DNA of 64,000 bases. It comes from Streptococcus cristatus (GTDB lineage Bacteria > Bacillota > Bacilli > Lactobacillales > Streptococcaceae). Location of the stretch: NCBI GenBank assembly GCA_916438405.1, contig CAKAFB010000001.1:294223-358222 (forward strand), given 5' to 3'. Numbering within the stretch: the first letter of the stretch is position 1; each line of letters opens with the position of its first letter. The translations under genes were made by a program, and so were the position numbers. The notes beneath the pieces are model-generated. The model ran no database searches. It saw only the letters and a program-made list of their open reading frames with translations, and had not been told where the DNA came from. Shown here piece by piece: positions 35,387 to 48,940 of the stretch.

Positions 35387-36220
35387 GTGAGAACTGAACC
35401 TGAAATGTTAGATTTAATTTTGCAAACTGCAAAAGCGCTACAAGTCAACGCTGTCGCCATGTCCGGTTCGCGGACAAACCCAAAGGCTCCCAAGGACGAG
35501 TTCCAAGACTATGATGTGGTCTATATTGTGGAAGATTTGGATGCTCTGGTGGCTGACCTTGCTTGGTTGGAAAAGTTTGGCAAGCGTATGATTGAGCAGC
35601 ATGTCCTAGTAGACCATCGCCGCCTCTATCTCATGCTCTTTGGAGATGGCAATCGGATAGATTTGACCCTTTGTCCTAAGAAGCACATCAAAGAGTGGGT
35701 GGATAGCGAAGCGGATTTCACGGTACTGGATGACCCGCAGGGGCTCTTTGCTCCTTATGCACCGACACCCAAGCGCTATTGGACTGCACCAGCTAGTGCG
35801 ACTGACTTTGACAAATCCTGCAATGAATTTTGGTGGGTGTCAGCTTATGTGGTCAAGGGCATTCATCGGAACCACCTTGTCTATGCGACGGATCATCTGT
35901 ATGGAATCTGTCAGCAAGAATTGCTCAAGCTTTTAGCTTGGCAAGTAGCAGCAGATAAGGGAACAGTTGATGTTGGCAAGAACTACAAGTATCTCTTTAA
36001 GTATTTGCCTGCCGAGAAAGAGAAAGAATTTACGGCCTTGCTTGACTTTTCTGACCAGAAAAGTCTCACCAAGTCTCTCTTAGCTACCATGGACTTTTTC
36101 CACAAAGAAGCACAAGCCTTCTCTCTCAAAACCGGCTTTCACTATGACAAAGCAACTGCAGAGAAGATGATTGAGTATGTCAAGGAAAGACTCGAAACAA
36201 ATGAAATATTTACAAAATAA
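35387..36220 (+). CDS. Aminoglycoside 6-adenylyltransferase family (AadK-like) nucleotidyltransferase
   Basis: SGSRTN..DEFQDYD, GNRIDL, NEFWWVSAYVVKG, GKNYKYL. Confidence 0.85.
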   Translation: MRTEPEMLDLILQTAKALQVNAVAMSGSRTNPKAPKDEFQDYDVVYIVEDLDALVADLAWLEKFGKRMIEQHVLVDHRRLYLMLFGDGNRIDLTLCPKKHIKEWVDSEADFTVLDDPQGLFAPYAPTPKRYWTAPASATDFDKSCNEFWWVSAYVVKGIHRNHLVYATDHLYGICQQELLKLLAWQVAADKGTVDVGKNYKYLFKYLPAEKEKEFTALLDFSDQKSLTKSLLATMDFFHKEAQAFSLKTGFHYDKATAEKMIEYVKERLETNEIFTK

Positions 36221-36935
36221 TAAGATAGCTAAATTTTTACTGATTAGTTTTCTCATTTCTTGGGGATTTGGTTGGGGATTGCTCGCTTTTCTGACGCAAA
36301 TGAGCCTCTTAAGTCTAACAAGTCCACTAGGAGTTTGTCTCCATTTACTAGGAGGTTTCGGTCCAACCATTGCAGCCATTTCTTGTTTGCCTCAAAAATC
36401 CATTAAAAGCATAGTCTCTTTTATCTTAGGGGACTCAAAGAAATATATTTTGTTATTTCTTTTACTAATTTTCGTGCAGACAGGTGTCATTGCTTTCTCA
36501 TCTAAGGAGCTTAATCCAGCTTTTCCACTAGGAAATTTGTTTGTTGTTTTTTTGAGTGCAGTCTGTGTTTATGGTGGCGAAGAAGAATTGGGATGGCGAG
36601 GCATCTTGCAACCAACTTTGGAAACTAGATTCTCCTTTTGGATTTCCGGTTTGATAACAGGTTGTATTTGGGCAATATGGCATGTACCTTTATGGTTTGT
36701 GATTGGAAGTTCCCAAAGTAGGATGCCTTTTATATTATTCAGTCTATTTGCAATTTATCTCAGTATTCTTCTAGCAGCTGTTTTCAAAAAGACTAAGTCG
36801 ATCCTTTATTGCGCCATTTTTCACGGCCTAATTAATACCCTACTTAGCTTATTTGTTATTAAAATTAATCTTTTATTCATTCTAGGATTAGTAGGATTGC
36901 TCTTCTTTTCTCACTACCTACAAAGAAACAGTTAA
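36201..36935 (+). CDS. CPBP (CAAX/Abi) intramembrane metalloprotease
   Basis: EEELGWRG, WAIWHVP, HGLIN motifs. Confidence 0.88.
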   Translation: MKYLQNNKIAKFLLISFLISWGFGWGLLAFLTQMSLLSLTSPLGVCLHLLGGFGPTIAAISCLPQKSIKSIVSFILGDSKKYILLFLLLIFVQTGVIAFSSKELNPAFPLGNLFVVFLSAVCVYGGEEELGWRGILQPTLETRFSFWISGLITGCIWAIWHVPLWFVIGSSQSRMPFILFSLFAIYLSILLAAVFKKTKSILYCAIFHGLINTLLSLFVIKINLLFILGLVGLLFFSHYLQRNS

Positions 36936-36987
36936 ATTTATAAAATATAGATTTACTTTACAATAAAACACTAAAAAGAGAATTATT

Positions 36988-39437
36988 ATGTCTAACATTC
37001 AAACATGTCCCTTGAGGACATTATGGGAGAGCGCTTTGGTCGCTACTCCAAATATATCATTCAAGAGCGGGCCTTGCCAGACATTCGCGATGGCTTGAAG
37101 CCTGTTCAGCGCCGTATTCTTTATTCCATGAACAAGGACGGCAACACCTTTGACAAGGGCTACCGTAAGTCTGCCAAGTCTGTCGGGAATATCATGGGGA
37201 ATTTCCACCCCCACGGTGACAGCTCTATCTACGATGCAATGGTTCGCATGTCTCAGGACTGGAAAAACCGTGAGATTCTCGTTGAGATGCACGGGAACAA
37301 TGGTTCCATGGACGGTGATCCACCAGCGGCTATGCGTTATACTGAGGCGCGCCTGTCTGAGATGGCTGGCTATCTTTTGCAGGATATCGAGAAAGATACC
37401 GTTCCTTTTGCTTGGAACTTCGACGATACCGAGAAGGAGCCGACTGTTCTGCCGGCGGCCTTTCCTAACCTTTTAGTCAATGGAGCAACTGGGATTTCCG
37501 CTGGTTATGCGACGGATATTCCACCTCATAATCTTGCCGAAGTCATTGACGCGGTTATCTATATGATTGACCATCCGTCTGCCAAGGTGGACAAACTCAT
37601 GGAGTTTCTGCCTGGCCCAGACTTCCCGACAGGAGCCATTGTCCAAGGTCGAGATGAGATTAAGAAAGCCTATGAGACTGGGAAAGGTCGAGTTGTAGTG
37701 CGCTCCAGAACTGAGATTGAAAAGCTGAAGGGCGGAAAAGAGCAAATCGTCATCACCGAGATTCCTTACGAGATTAATAAGGCTGTCTTGGTCAAAAAGA
37801 TTGACGATGTGCGGGTCAATAACAAGGTGGCCGGCATTGCTGAAGTGCGGGATGAATCCGACCGTGACGGTCTTCGCATTGCCATTGAGCTCAAGAAAGA
37901 CGCTAATACTGAGCTAATTCTCAACTACCTTTTCAAGTACACTGATTTGCAAGTCAATTACAACTTCAACATGGTGGCGATTGACAATTTCACGCCTCGT
38001 TTGGTGGGGATTGTACCAATCTTGACCAGCTATATTGCCCACCGCAAGGAGATTATTCTAGCTCGCAGCCGCTTTGACAAGGCCAAGGCTGAGAAACGGC
38101 TCCATATCGTGGAAGGATTGATTCGGGTGCTTTCTATCTTGGACGAGGTGATTGCCCTGATTCGAGCTTCAGAAAACAAAGCAGACGCCAAGGAAAATCT
38201 TAAGGTCAGCTACGATTTCACCGAGGAGCAGGCTGAAGCTATCGTCACTCTCCAACTCTACCGTTTGACCAATACAGACGTAGTGGTTCTGGAAGAGGAA
38301 GAAGCAGAACTGCGCGAGAAGATTGCCATGCTGGCAGCCATTATCGGTGATGAGCGCACCATGTATAACCTCATGAAGCGAGAGCTCCGCGATGTCAAGA
38401 AGAAGTTTGGCAATCCACGTCTCAGTGAGCTGCAAGATACAGCAAACGCCATTGAGATTGATACAGCTAGTCTCATCGTTGAGGAAGAAACCTATGTCAG
38501 CGTGACTCGTTCTGGTTATATCAAGCGGACCAGTCCGCGTTCCTTCTCTGCTTCGACCTTAGAGGAGATGGGCAAGCGTGATGATGACCGACTGATTTTC
38601 GTCAGCCCAGCCAAGACGACTCAGCATTTATTGATTTTCACCAGTCTGGGAAATGTTATTTATCGGCCTGTTCATGAGCTGTCAGATATCCGCTGGAAAG
38701 AAATCGGAGAACACCTCAGCCAGACCATCAGCAACTTTGATACCAAGGAAGAGGTTATCTATGCAGAGTTGTTGGACAGCTTTGAGGAGGGGACTTACTT
38801 TGCAGCGACCAAGTTAGGTCAAATCAAGCGTGTAGAGCGCAAGGAATTCAGTCCTTGGCGGACCTACAAGTCCAAGTCCCTTAAGTTTGCTAAACTAAAA
38901 AATGAAGACGACCAGGTCATTGCTCTAGCACCGATTAAGCTGGATGATGTTATGCTCGTGACTAGGAATGGCTATGCCCTGCGCTTCAATATTGAGGAAG
39001 TTCCTGTCATCGGAGCTAAGGCAGCTGGGGTTAAAGCTATCAACCTCAAGAAGGACGATGTCTTAGCAGCAGCCTTTATTGCCAATACTGACTCGCTCTA
39101 CCTCCTGACGCAGCGCGGTTCGCTCAAGCGTATGGCAGTCGCAGATATTCCTGTTACCAGTCGAGCAAATCGCGGTCTTCAAGTTCTGAGAGAGCTTAAG
39201 ACCAAGCCCCATCGTGTCTTTGCAGCTGGACCAGTCTATGGCGAAGCAGTGGACTTTGACCTCTTCACAACAGAAACTGAAACTAGCGAGGAGCAGATTT
39301 TGCAGGTGCTTTCCAATAAAGGAACTGCCTATGAGATCAATCTAGCTGATCTTAGCCTGTCTGAGAGAACCAGCAACGGCAGCTTCATCTCTGATACTAT
39401 TTCAGACGAAGAAGTCTTCTCAGCTTATATCAAGTAA
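36988..39437 (+). CDS. parC: Topoisomerase IV subunit A (frameshift near 37001)
   Basis: RALPDIRDGLKPVQRR, HPHGDSS, AAMRYTE. Confidence 0.96.
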
Positions 39438-39577
39438 TCAACAAGCCAGTTCACAAGAGCTGGTTTTTTAAAAAATAAATTTTCAGAAAATTGAAAATAA
39501 TGATTGAATTTTTCAGAAAAAGGTGTACAATAGGGAGTATCTATAAATTGAAAGATAAGGAAAAGAGGAAAAAGACT

Positions 39578-40602
39578 ATGACAGTGAATCTTGATTGGGA
39601 AAATCTTGGCTTTTCATATATGAAATTGCCCTATCGCTATATCGCTTATTATCGGAATGGCCAGTGGGAGGAAGGACAGCTGACAGAAGATGCGACCCTG
39701 CATATTTCTGAGTCTTCACCAAGCCTTCACTATGGTCAGCAGGCTTTCGAAGGTCTAAAGGCTTATCGTACCAAGGACGGCAGTGTTCAGCTTTCCGTCC
39801 AGATGAGAATGCTAAGCGCCTGCAACGCACATGCGATCGTCTATTGATGCCACAAGTTTCAACTGAAATGTTTGTGGAAGCGTGTAAGGCTGTTGTCCGC
39901 GCCAATGAAGAATATGTACCGCCATATGGAACAGGGGGAACTCTCTACCTTCGTCCCCTATTGATTGGTATCGGAGATATCATCGGGGTAAAACCAGCAG
40001 AGGAGTATATTTTTACGATTTTTGCTATGCCAGTTGGAAACTACTTCAAGGGTGGTTTGGTTCCAACCAACTTCTTGATCCAAGACGAATACGATCGTGC
40101 AGCTCCACATGGTACGGGTGCGGCCAAGGTAGGTGGTAACTACGCAGCTAGTCTTCTACCAGGTAAGATAGCTAAGTCTCGGAACTTTTCAGATGTTATC
40201 TACCTAGATCCGTCAACTCATACCAAGATTGAAGAAGTCGGATCAGCCAACTTCTTTGGAATTACAGCAAACAATGAATTTGTGACACCGCTGAGCCCGT
40301 CCATTCTACCATCCATAACTAAATATTCTTTGCTTTACTTGGCAGAGCATCGCTTGGGCTTGACTCCGGTTGAAGGTGATGTTCCGATTGATAACTTAGA
40401 TCGCTTTGTTGAAGCAGGAGCCTGTGGTACTGCGGCTGTTATCTCACCAATTGGAGGAATCCAGCATGGCGATGCTTTCCATGTGTTCTATAGCGAGACA
40501 GAAGTCGGGCCAGTGACTCGCAGACTCTACGATGAGCTGACTGGTATCCAATTTGGTGATGTGGAAGCTCCAGAAGGTTGGATTGTAAAAGTAGACGAAT
40601 AA
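39578..40602 (+). CDS. ilvE: Branched-chain amino acid aminotransferase (frameshift near 39793)
   Basis: LHYGQQAFEGLKAY, AKVGGNYA, ILPSITK, CGTAAVI. Confidence 0.95.
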
Positions 40603-40695
40603 CTTTAAGAGCCTTTTGAGGCTCTTTTTATTGAGGAAATCACTTGCCAGCTTTGCTATTTTTGTGTAAAATAGAGACTTGAAAGAGGTAAAAGA

Positions 40696-40926
40696 ATGAG
40701 TAAAAAAGATAAAAAAATTGAGATTCAGATTGCGGATAGTAAGGTGACACTTGGCGCTGACCAATTTGATGGCTACACCCTTTCTATTGGGAAAAAGGTC
40801 ATTGGGGAGATTGCCGAGTTTGACGGCCAATTTGCTATTATCAAGAATGGAAATGTTGAAAGTTTATATAAAAAGCTTGAAAAAGCGGTGGAAACTTTGA
40901 TTGAAACCTACAATTTAGGAAAATAA
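40696..40926 (+). CDS. Small conserved protein (DUF2969-like)
   Basis: MSKKDKKIEIQI.., RBS GAGGT; synteny between ilvE and the tRNAs. Confidence 0.75.
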   Translation: MSKKDKKIEIQIADSKVTLGADQFDGYTLSIGKKVIGEIAEFDGQFAIIKNGNVESLYKKLEKAVETLIETYNLGK

Positions 40927-40976
40927 GGGCTTGCGCTTTTATTAGATTAATGATATAATTGATATCGTTGATTGTC

Positions 40977-41057
40977 GGAGAGATAGCGAAGAGGCTAAAC
41001 GCGGCGGACTGTAAATCCGCTCCTTCGGGTTCGGGGGTTCGAATCCCTCTCTCTCCA
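40977..41057 (+). tRNA. tRNA-Tyr (GTA)
   Basis: Acceptor stem GGAGAGA/TCTCTCC, anticodon loop CTGTAAA, long variable arm, GGTTCGAATCC. Confidence 0.97.
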
Positions 41058-41066
41058 TTTCATCAT

Positions 41067-41138
41067 TGGGGTATAGCCAAGCGGTAAGGCAAGGGACTTT
41101 GACTCCCTCATGCGTTGGTTCGAATCCAGCTACCCCAG
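41067..41138 (+). tRNA. tRNA-Gln (TTG)
   Basis: Acceptor stem TGGGGTA/TACCCCA, anticodon loop CTTTGAC, GGTTCGAATCC. Confidence 0.97.
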
Positions 41139-41300
41139 TTCTTAGGTAATATGTCAGATAAAGGATAAAATATCGTCGGATATTTTATTTCTTTATAGGG
41201 TGGAAAACGGTAAAGATAAATCAATGTCGTTTGCGGGTGCTTAGGAAAATAATTATAAGTATGTCAAGTAGTATACTTGATTGTTGGAGGATTTTTTTAG

Positions 41301-42501
41301 ATGAATGAATTTGAAGATTTGCTAAACAGTGTTAGCCAAGTCGAGCCAGGTGATGTCGTTACTGCTGAAGTATTGACAGTGGATGCTAACCAAGCTAATG
41401 TTGCCATTGCTGGTACTGGTGTTGAAGGGGTTTTGACTCTGCGTGAGTTGACAAATGATCGTGATGCTGACATCAATGACTTTGTAAAACCAGGTGACAC
41501 ACTTGAATTGCTTGTTCTTCGTCAAGTAGTAGGTAAAGATACAGATACAGTTACTTACCTAGTATCTAAAAAACGTTTAGAAGCTCGCAAAGCATGGGAC
41601 AAATTGGTTGGTCGTGAAGAAGAAGTTGTTACTGTTAAGGGCACTCGTGCTGTTAAAGGTGGACTTTCTGTTGAGTTTGAAGGACTTCGTGGATTTATTC
41701 CAGCTTCAATGCTCGATACTCGTTTCGTTCGCAACACTGAACGTTTTGTAGGTCAAGAATTTGATGCTAAGATCAAAGAAGTAGATCCAAAAGAAAACCG
41801 CTTCATCCTTTCACGTCGTGAAGTTGTTGAAGCAGAAGCTGCAGCAGCGCGTGCAGAAGTATTTGGTAAATTGAATGTTGGTGATGTTGTGACTGGTAAA
41901 GTTGCTCGCATCACAAGCTTCGGTGCTTTCATTGACCTTGGTGGTGTTGATGGTTTGGTTCACTTGACTGAACTTTCTCACGAGCGCAACGTTTCACCAA
42001 AATCTGTTGTTTCAGTTGGTGACGAAATCGAAGTGAAAGTTCTTGATTTGAACGAAGAAGAAGGCCGTGTGTCACTTTCACTTAAAGCTACAACTCCTGG
42101 ACCATGGGACGGTGTTGAACAAAAACTTGCTGCTGGCGATGTAGTTGAAGGTACAGTAAAACGTTTGACTGACTTCGGTGCTTTCGTTGAAGTATTGCCA
42201 GGTATCGACGGACTTGTTCACATCTCACAAATTTCACACAAACGTGTTGAAAATCCAAAAGATGCTCTTAAAGTTGGTCAAGAAGTAACTGTTAAAGTTC
42301 TTGAAGTGAATGCTGCTGCTGAGCGTGTATCACTTTCTATCAAGGCTCTTGAAGAGCATCCAGCTCAAGAAGAAGGCCAAAAAGAAGAAACGTCAATCTC
42401 GTCCACGTCGTCCACGTCGTCAAGAAAAACGTGATTTCGAGCTTCCAGAAACTCAAACTGGATTCTCAATGGCTGATCTTTTCGGTGATATCGAATTGTA
42501 A
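41301..42501 (+). CDS. rpsA: 30S ribosomal protein S1 (frameshift near 42390)
   Basis: Four S1 domains ([31 protein letters not shown]); C-term [13 protein letters not shown]. Confidence 0.96.
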
Positions 42502-42670
42502 TTTACTTAAGAAGAGGCTGAGTTTCTCAGCTTCTTTTTTCGTCTTTTCAAGTGGGAGTTTACATCCGAGTCATTTATTGCGATACTTGCTCTTTATGCA
42601 TATTCAGTTTTATTTAAGCGAAAGATGCTAGACTAAGTCTCTCGTGCATTCTATGAGAAAGGAGCCTGCC

Positions 42671-43389
42671 GTGAAGTTTATTTTTAATTCTATTAGATTT
42701 ATAGTTCGCTTGCTTTGGCGGCTTATCTGGGGGCTTATTTGGTCTGTGACACTCAGTTTCCTTGTTCTTGTAGGTGTATTTTATTTTACTACTTCGACAG
42801 AGACGGGGGCAGAGGGATTATCGCAGGCTCTTCGAACTACTGTTACTCAAGTGGATCAATTCTTAACGCATCAAGGACTTTCCACTGGTCTTCAGACTAG
42901 TGAGGAAATTCAGTCCAATCAGCTGACAGATGAGCATACAGGGTCGGGAGCTCGCTGGGAGAAAGCTAGTGCTACGGTATATATCGATACCGCTAATGAA
43001 ACTTTTCGTTCAGCCTATCAGGAGGCCATTAATTCCTGGAACCAGACAGGAGCCTTCACCTTTCAAATCATCAATGACAAAGACAAGGCGGATATTGTTG
43101 CGACGGAGATGAATGACGGCAATGTCAGTGCAGCTGGTGAGGCTGAGTCGCAGACCAATCTCCTTACCAAACGATTTACCCATGTGACCGTTCGCTCAAT
43201 AGTTACTACTTGCTGGACAGACGCTATGGTTACTCTCATGAGCGGATTGTCAATACAGCAGCTCACGAATTGGGCCATGCTATCGGATTAGACCATAATG
43301 AGGAGGAATCAGTGATGCAGTCGGCAGGCTCATTTTATAGTATTCAGCCGATAGATATCCAGGCTGTAAAAGACTTGTATCAATCATAA
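42671..43389 (+). CDS. Matrixin-like zinc metalloprotease (frameshift near 43195)
   Basis: Shifted frame gives HELGHAIGLDH and the Met-turn SVM; N-terminal TM. Confidence 0.8.
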
Positions 43390-43393
43390 AGGT

Positions 43394-43759
43394 ATGCTAA
43401 AATCGATTTTTAATATTATTAGACGCTTCCCAGAGCAAATTTTTCTCTTTCTTTTTAACTCAGGCATTTTTGCTTGGCTGTGGAAAAGCGGAAGCGATAT
43501 TGCTAACCAGCTAGGCGTGACAGCAGCTTGGGAAACTCATGTTCCAGCGCCGATTCAGGCCTTCTTTGGCGAGAATGTGGAGACAGTTCAAGGATTTTTC
43601 CAGCATTCAGCCATTATGTGGCTGATTGGTTCCATGATTATTCTATGGATTGTTCGTTTTGTCAAGGGGATGATAAAGCTGAGTCTCTTTGTTTTGATTA
43701 TTCTGCTGGGTATTTACTTGGTTATGCAAAATCAAGAAGTTTTAGCTAGTTTTCTGTAA
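43394..43759 (+). CDS. Small hypothetical membrane protein
   Basis: Hydrophobic 121-aa ORF followed by a terminator hairpin at about 43800-43828. Confidence 0.7.
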   Translation: MLKSIFNIIRRFPEQIFLFLFNSGIFAWLWKSGSDIANQLGVTAAWETHVPAPIQAFFGENVETVQGFFQHSAIMWLIGSMIILWIVRFVKGMIKLSLFVLIILLGIYLVMQNQEVLASFL

Positions 43760-43999
43760 ACTACAAGCAATTTATAGAAGGAAAAATTTTTGATATGAAG
43801 AGACTTACTCGAGAGGGAGTAAGTCTTTCATAGCGAGTTCAGCGCATGCTTTCCAAGAAGTTTGTAGAAGGTCTTATACTCTCTGACATTTATTGCACAT
43901 ATATATTAAGGTGATGAGTTTTCGTGTGGACAAGCTTGCAACAGTGCTAAATCTTTAGTAAAAAAGTGGAATTCTAAAAAATATTAAAAAAAAAACAAA

Positions 44000-44151
44000 A
44001 GAAAGGGTTTACATTCACATTTTGATGTGTTATAATGAAACTATAAATTGAATAGGGTGAGCGTTACTAAGTTGGATTAGGCGTGACCGCAAATGAATTG
44101 GAAGAGGCAAGTGCTCTTGTATTTTCCGTTTATTTGCGGTCATTTTTATTT
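44000..44151 (+). promoter_or_regulatory. lac promoter with cre, RAT and LacT-controlled terminator
   Basis: AGAAAGGGTTTACA cre overlapping TTTACA-17-TATAAT; RAT-like GTTACT..TTAGGCG; hairpin TGACCGCAAAT/ATTTGCGGTCA plus T-tract. Confidence 0.75.
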
Positions 44152-44185
44152 CACGAAAACCCAAGAAAATGATAAGGAGGGAACT

Positions 44186-45019
44186 ATGTATCGAATCATA
44201 CTTCCTATGAATAACAATGTTGCTCTAGCCAAACATGAAAATGGTGAAGAGGTTGTTCTGATTGGTAGTGGGATAGCATTCAATAAGAAAAAGGGTGATC
44301 CTGTTCTGGAAAGTAAGATTGAGAAAGTCTTTCGTATGAGAACGGAAGAGTCCAAGGAAAACTTTGTGGCCTTGCTCAAAGATGTTCCGCTGGACTTTAT
44401 CACAGTGACCTATGATGTGATTGACACGCTTTCCAAGAAATACCATTACCCAGTCCAGGAGTATATCTATGTCACACTGACGGACCATATCTACTGTTCT
44501 TATCAAGCGGTCCAGCAGGGGCGGTACAAGAGCAGTGACCTACCAGATGCTTCAGATAAATATCCCACTCCTTATCAAATCGCGCAAGAAGCAGTGGCTA
44601 TTTATCGGGAACGACTCTTAGAAGCATTTCCAGACGATGAAATAAACAGAATTGCCTATCACTTTATCAATGCAGAAGGGGTCTCCAATCCAGCAGGTAA
44701 GGGTTATTTGGATCAGCGGAAGGAAATTCTAGCTGCTGTAGAAGAAGAGCTAAGAAAACAGGGAATAAAAAGAACATCGGATAATAGTAACTTCTATGAC
44801 CGATTTATGATTCATCTTAATTACTTCTTAGATTACTTAGACAGAAGCCGAGATGATAACGTTTCACTGTTAGAAATGGAAAGTCAGATTAAACTGGCCT
44901 ATCCTCAAGCTTATCAAATCGGAAGTAGTCTATATGAGATTATTGCCCAGAAAACTGGAATAGACTTGTATAATAGTGAGCGAGTTTATTTGGTTTTACA
45001 TATTCAACGATTACTATAA
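44186..45019 (+). CDS. lacT: BglG-family antiterminator LacT
   Basis: CAT domain MNNNVALA..GSGIAF; PRD histidines (TDHI, AYHF, MIHL, VLHI). Confidence 0.92.
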   Translation: MYRIILPMNNNVALAKHENGEEVVLIGSGIAFNKKKGDPVLESKIEKVFRMRTEESKENFVALLKDVPLDFITVTYDVIDTLSKKYHYPVQEYIYVTLTDHIYCSYQAVQQGRYKSSDLPDASDKYPTPYQIAQEAVAIYRERLLEAFPDDEINRIAYHFINAEGVSNPAGKGYLDQRKEILAAVEEELRKQGIKRTSDNSNFYDRFMIHLNYFLDYLDRSRDDNVSLLEMESQIKLAYPQAYQIGSSLYEIIAQKTGIDLYNSERVYLVLHIQRLL

Positions 45020-45043
45020 GGAACATTAAAAGGAGGATCTATC

Positions 45044-45361
45044 ATGAATAGAGAAGAAGTAACATTACTTGGTTTTGAAATCGTAGCCTACGCAGGTGAC
45101 GCCCGCTCTAAGTTGCTGGAAGCATTAAATGCAGCGCAGGCTGGAGAATTTGACCGCGCAGAAAGTTTGGTGGAAGAAGCCAATGCTTGTATTGTCGAAG
45201 CGCACCATGCTCAGACCAGCCTTTTGACCAAAGAAGCTGCTGGTGAGGACTTGGCTTATAGCGTGACGATGATGCACGGCCAAGACCACCTGATGACAAC
45301 CTTGTTGCTCAAGGATTTGATGAAACACATGATTGAACTATATAAAAGAGGAGTAAAATAA
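45044..45361 (+). CDS. lacF: PTS lactose EIIA
   Basis: [21 protein letters not shown]. Confidence 0.95.
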   Translation: MNREEVTLLGFEIVAYAGDARSKLLEALNAAQAGEFDRAESLVEEANACIVEAHHAQTSLLTKEAAGEDLAYSVTMMHGQDHLMTTLLLKDLMKHMIELYKRGVK

Positions 45362-47065
45362 TGAACAAACTCATCGGACTTATTGAGAAAGGGAAGCCTT
45401 TCTTTGAGAAGATTTCTCGGAATATCTATCTCCGTGCCATTCGGGATGGCTTTATCGCTGGTATGCCAGTCATCCTCTTCTCATCTATCTTTATCTTGAT
45501 TGCCTATGTGCCAATGCTTGGGGCTTCCACTGGTCTAAGGATATTGAAACTTTCTTAATGACCCCTTATAGCTATTCGATGGGGATTCTGGCTTTCTTTG
45601 TGGGTGGGACCACTGCAAAGGCTTTGACAGACTCTGTCAATCGCAGCCTGCCTGCGACAAACCAGATTAACTTTTTGTCTACTATGCTGGCTTCCATGGT
45701 TGGCTTCCTCCTCATGGCCGCTGAGCCTGCTAAGGATGGTGGTTTTCTGACAGCCTTTATGGGAACAAAAGGACTTTTGACAGCTTTCATCGCAGCATTT
45801 GTGACGGTTAATGTCTACAAGGTTTGTGTAAAAAATAATGTCACCATCCGCATGCCAGAAGAAGTTCCACCAAATATTTCGCAAGTATTTAAAGACTTGA
45901 TTCCATTTACTGTCTCAGTCGTTCTGCTCTACGGTTTGGAACTGCTTGTTAAAGCAAGTCTGGGAGTAACCGTTGCTGAATCCATAGGAACGCTTCTTGC
46001 TCCTCTCTTCTCAGCGGCAGATGGCTATCTGGGAATCACGCTTATCTTTGGTGCTTATGCTTTCTTCTGGTTCGTGGGAATTCACGGTCCGTCCATCGTT
46101 GAGCCTGCCATTGCTGCCATTACTTATGCCAATATCGATGCCAACTTGGCCTTGCTTCAAGCTGGTCAACATGCGGATAAGGTCATCACTTCTGGTACTC
46201 AAATGTTCATCGTTACCATGGGTGGTACTGGTGCGACCTTGATTGTTCCATTCCTCTTCATGTGGATCTGTAAGTCCGAGCGTAACCGTGCGATTGGACG
46301 GGCATCTGTTGTCCCAACCTTCTTTGGTGTCAATGAGCCTATTCTCTTTGGTGCTCCAATCGTACTGAATCCGATTTCTTTATTCCATTTATCTTTGCAC
46401 CGATCGCAAACGTATGGATTTTCAAATTCTTTGTTGATACTTTGAACATGAACTCCTTCTCAGCCAACCTTCCTTGGGTAACACCTGGACCTCTGGGAAT
46501 TGTGCTGGGTACCAACTTCCAGCTTCTGTCCTTTGTTCTTGCAGCCCTTCTTGTCGTAGTGGATGTCATTATTTACTATCCATTTGTCAAGGTTTATGAC
46601 GAACAAATCCTAGAAGAAGAACGTTCTGGCAAAGCTAACGATGCTCTTAAAGAAAAAGTAGCAGCTAACTTTAATACTGCTAAAGCAGACGCTATCCTTG
46701 AAAAAGCAGGAGTGGATGAAGAAGCTCCAGCGCAAAACAATATTAGCGAAGAAACCAATGTTCTGGTGCTCTGTGCAGGTGGTGGTACTAGTGGATTGCT
46801 GGCCAACGCTTTGAATAAAGCAGCAGCTGAATACAATGTTCCTGTTAAAGCAGCAGCTGGCGGCTACGGTGCTCACCGTGAAATGCTGCCTGAGTTTGAC
46901 CTGGTTATCCTGGCTCCTCAAGTTGCCTCCAACTTTGAAGACATGAAGGCCGAAACTGATAAATTGGGTATCAAGCTGGCTAAGACTGAAGGCGGCCAAT
47001 ACATCAAACTAACCCGTGATGGTAAAGGAGCACTGGCCTTTGTTCAGGAGCAATTCAAGAACTAA
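45361..47065 (+). CDS. lacE: PTS lactose EIICB (frameshifts near 45515 and 46380)
   Basis: [35 protein letters not shown]. Confidence 0.95.
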
Positions 47066-47096
47066 ATCTGTTTATGTGAGATGAAGCAACTTGATA

Positions 47097-47271
47097 GAGT
47101 TTGGGGCAAAAGTCCTAGCCTCTCAATTGTCTTTGGATTGTCGAGCAAAGACGCAGTGGTTGAGTGGGCTCTATTACGCTGATTTCATCAACTTTTACAG
47201 CCTACTCAACTGTGCGGAGGTGGGACGACGAAATCGAATTCTAACGAATTACCGATTTCTGTCCCACTCTC
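47097..47271. mobile_element. 175-bp interspersed repeat, copy 3, between lacE and lacG
   Basis: Near-identical to copies 1 and 2, with a slightly eroded left end. Confidence 0.85.
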
Positions 47272-47284
47272 CAAATGTTATTGA

Positions 47285-48702
<1,418 letters not shown>

Positions 48703-48705
48703 GAA

Positions 48706-48740
48706 ATAAAGCCGATAGAATTGAACTCTATCGGCTTTAT
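48706..48740 (+). terminator. Rho-independent terminator after lacG
   Basis: ATAAAGCCGATAGA / TCTATCGGCTTTAT inverted repeat. Confidence 0.8.
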
Positions 48741-48940
48741 TGGGCATGCCAATATATTTAAAGTCTGATTTGATGGTAGGGAAAGCTTGGTGCTCAATCA
48801 CTAGACAGGATATTCTGGTCGGAGTACTTGCGAAAAAATTTAAAATTTTTCTTTGAATTGGCTTGAGAGACAGATAGTTTGGATTGCATTTTTTATGACA
48901 GCCAATGGCCCTGTACTTGGAAATCTGCTATAATGGTCTT

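Noticed and set aside
40977..41300. tRNA pair as an integration site for a prophage or island
   Set aside because: No integrase and no duplicated tRNA 3' end; the flanks are core genes (ilvE region, rpsA).
42845..42859. 15-nt exact match (ACTCAAGTGGATCAA) between the reverse complement of spacer 11 and the sense strand of the metalloprotease gene, suggesting self-targeting
   Set aside because: It covers only the handle-distal part of the spacer and the flanks do not match. My rough estimate of finding a 15-mer by chance over all spacers and both strands is a few percent. A genome-wide search is still worthwhile.
43799..43828. CTCGAGAGGG resembling the CRISPR repeat core (orphan repeat)
   Set aside because: Only 10 nt, lacks GTTAG and ACGGAAAC, and lies in the loop region of an ordinary terminator hairpin.
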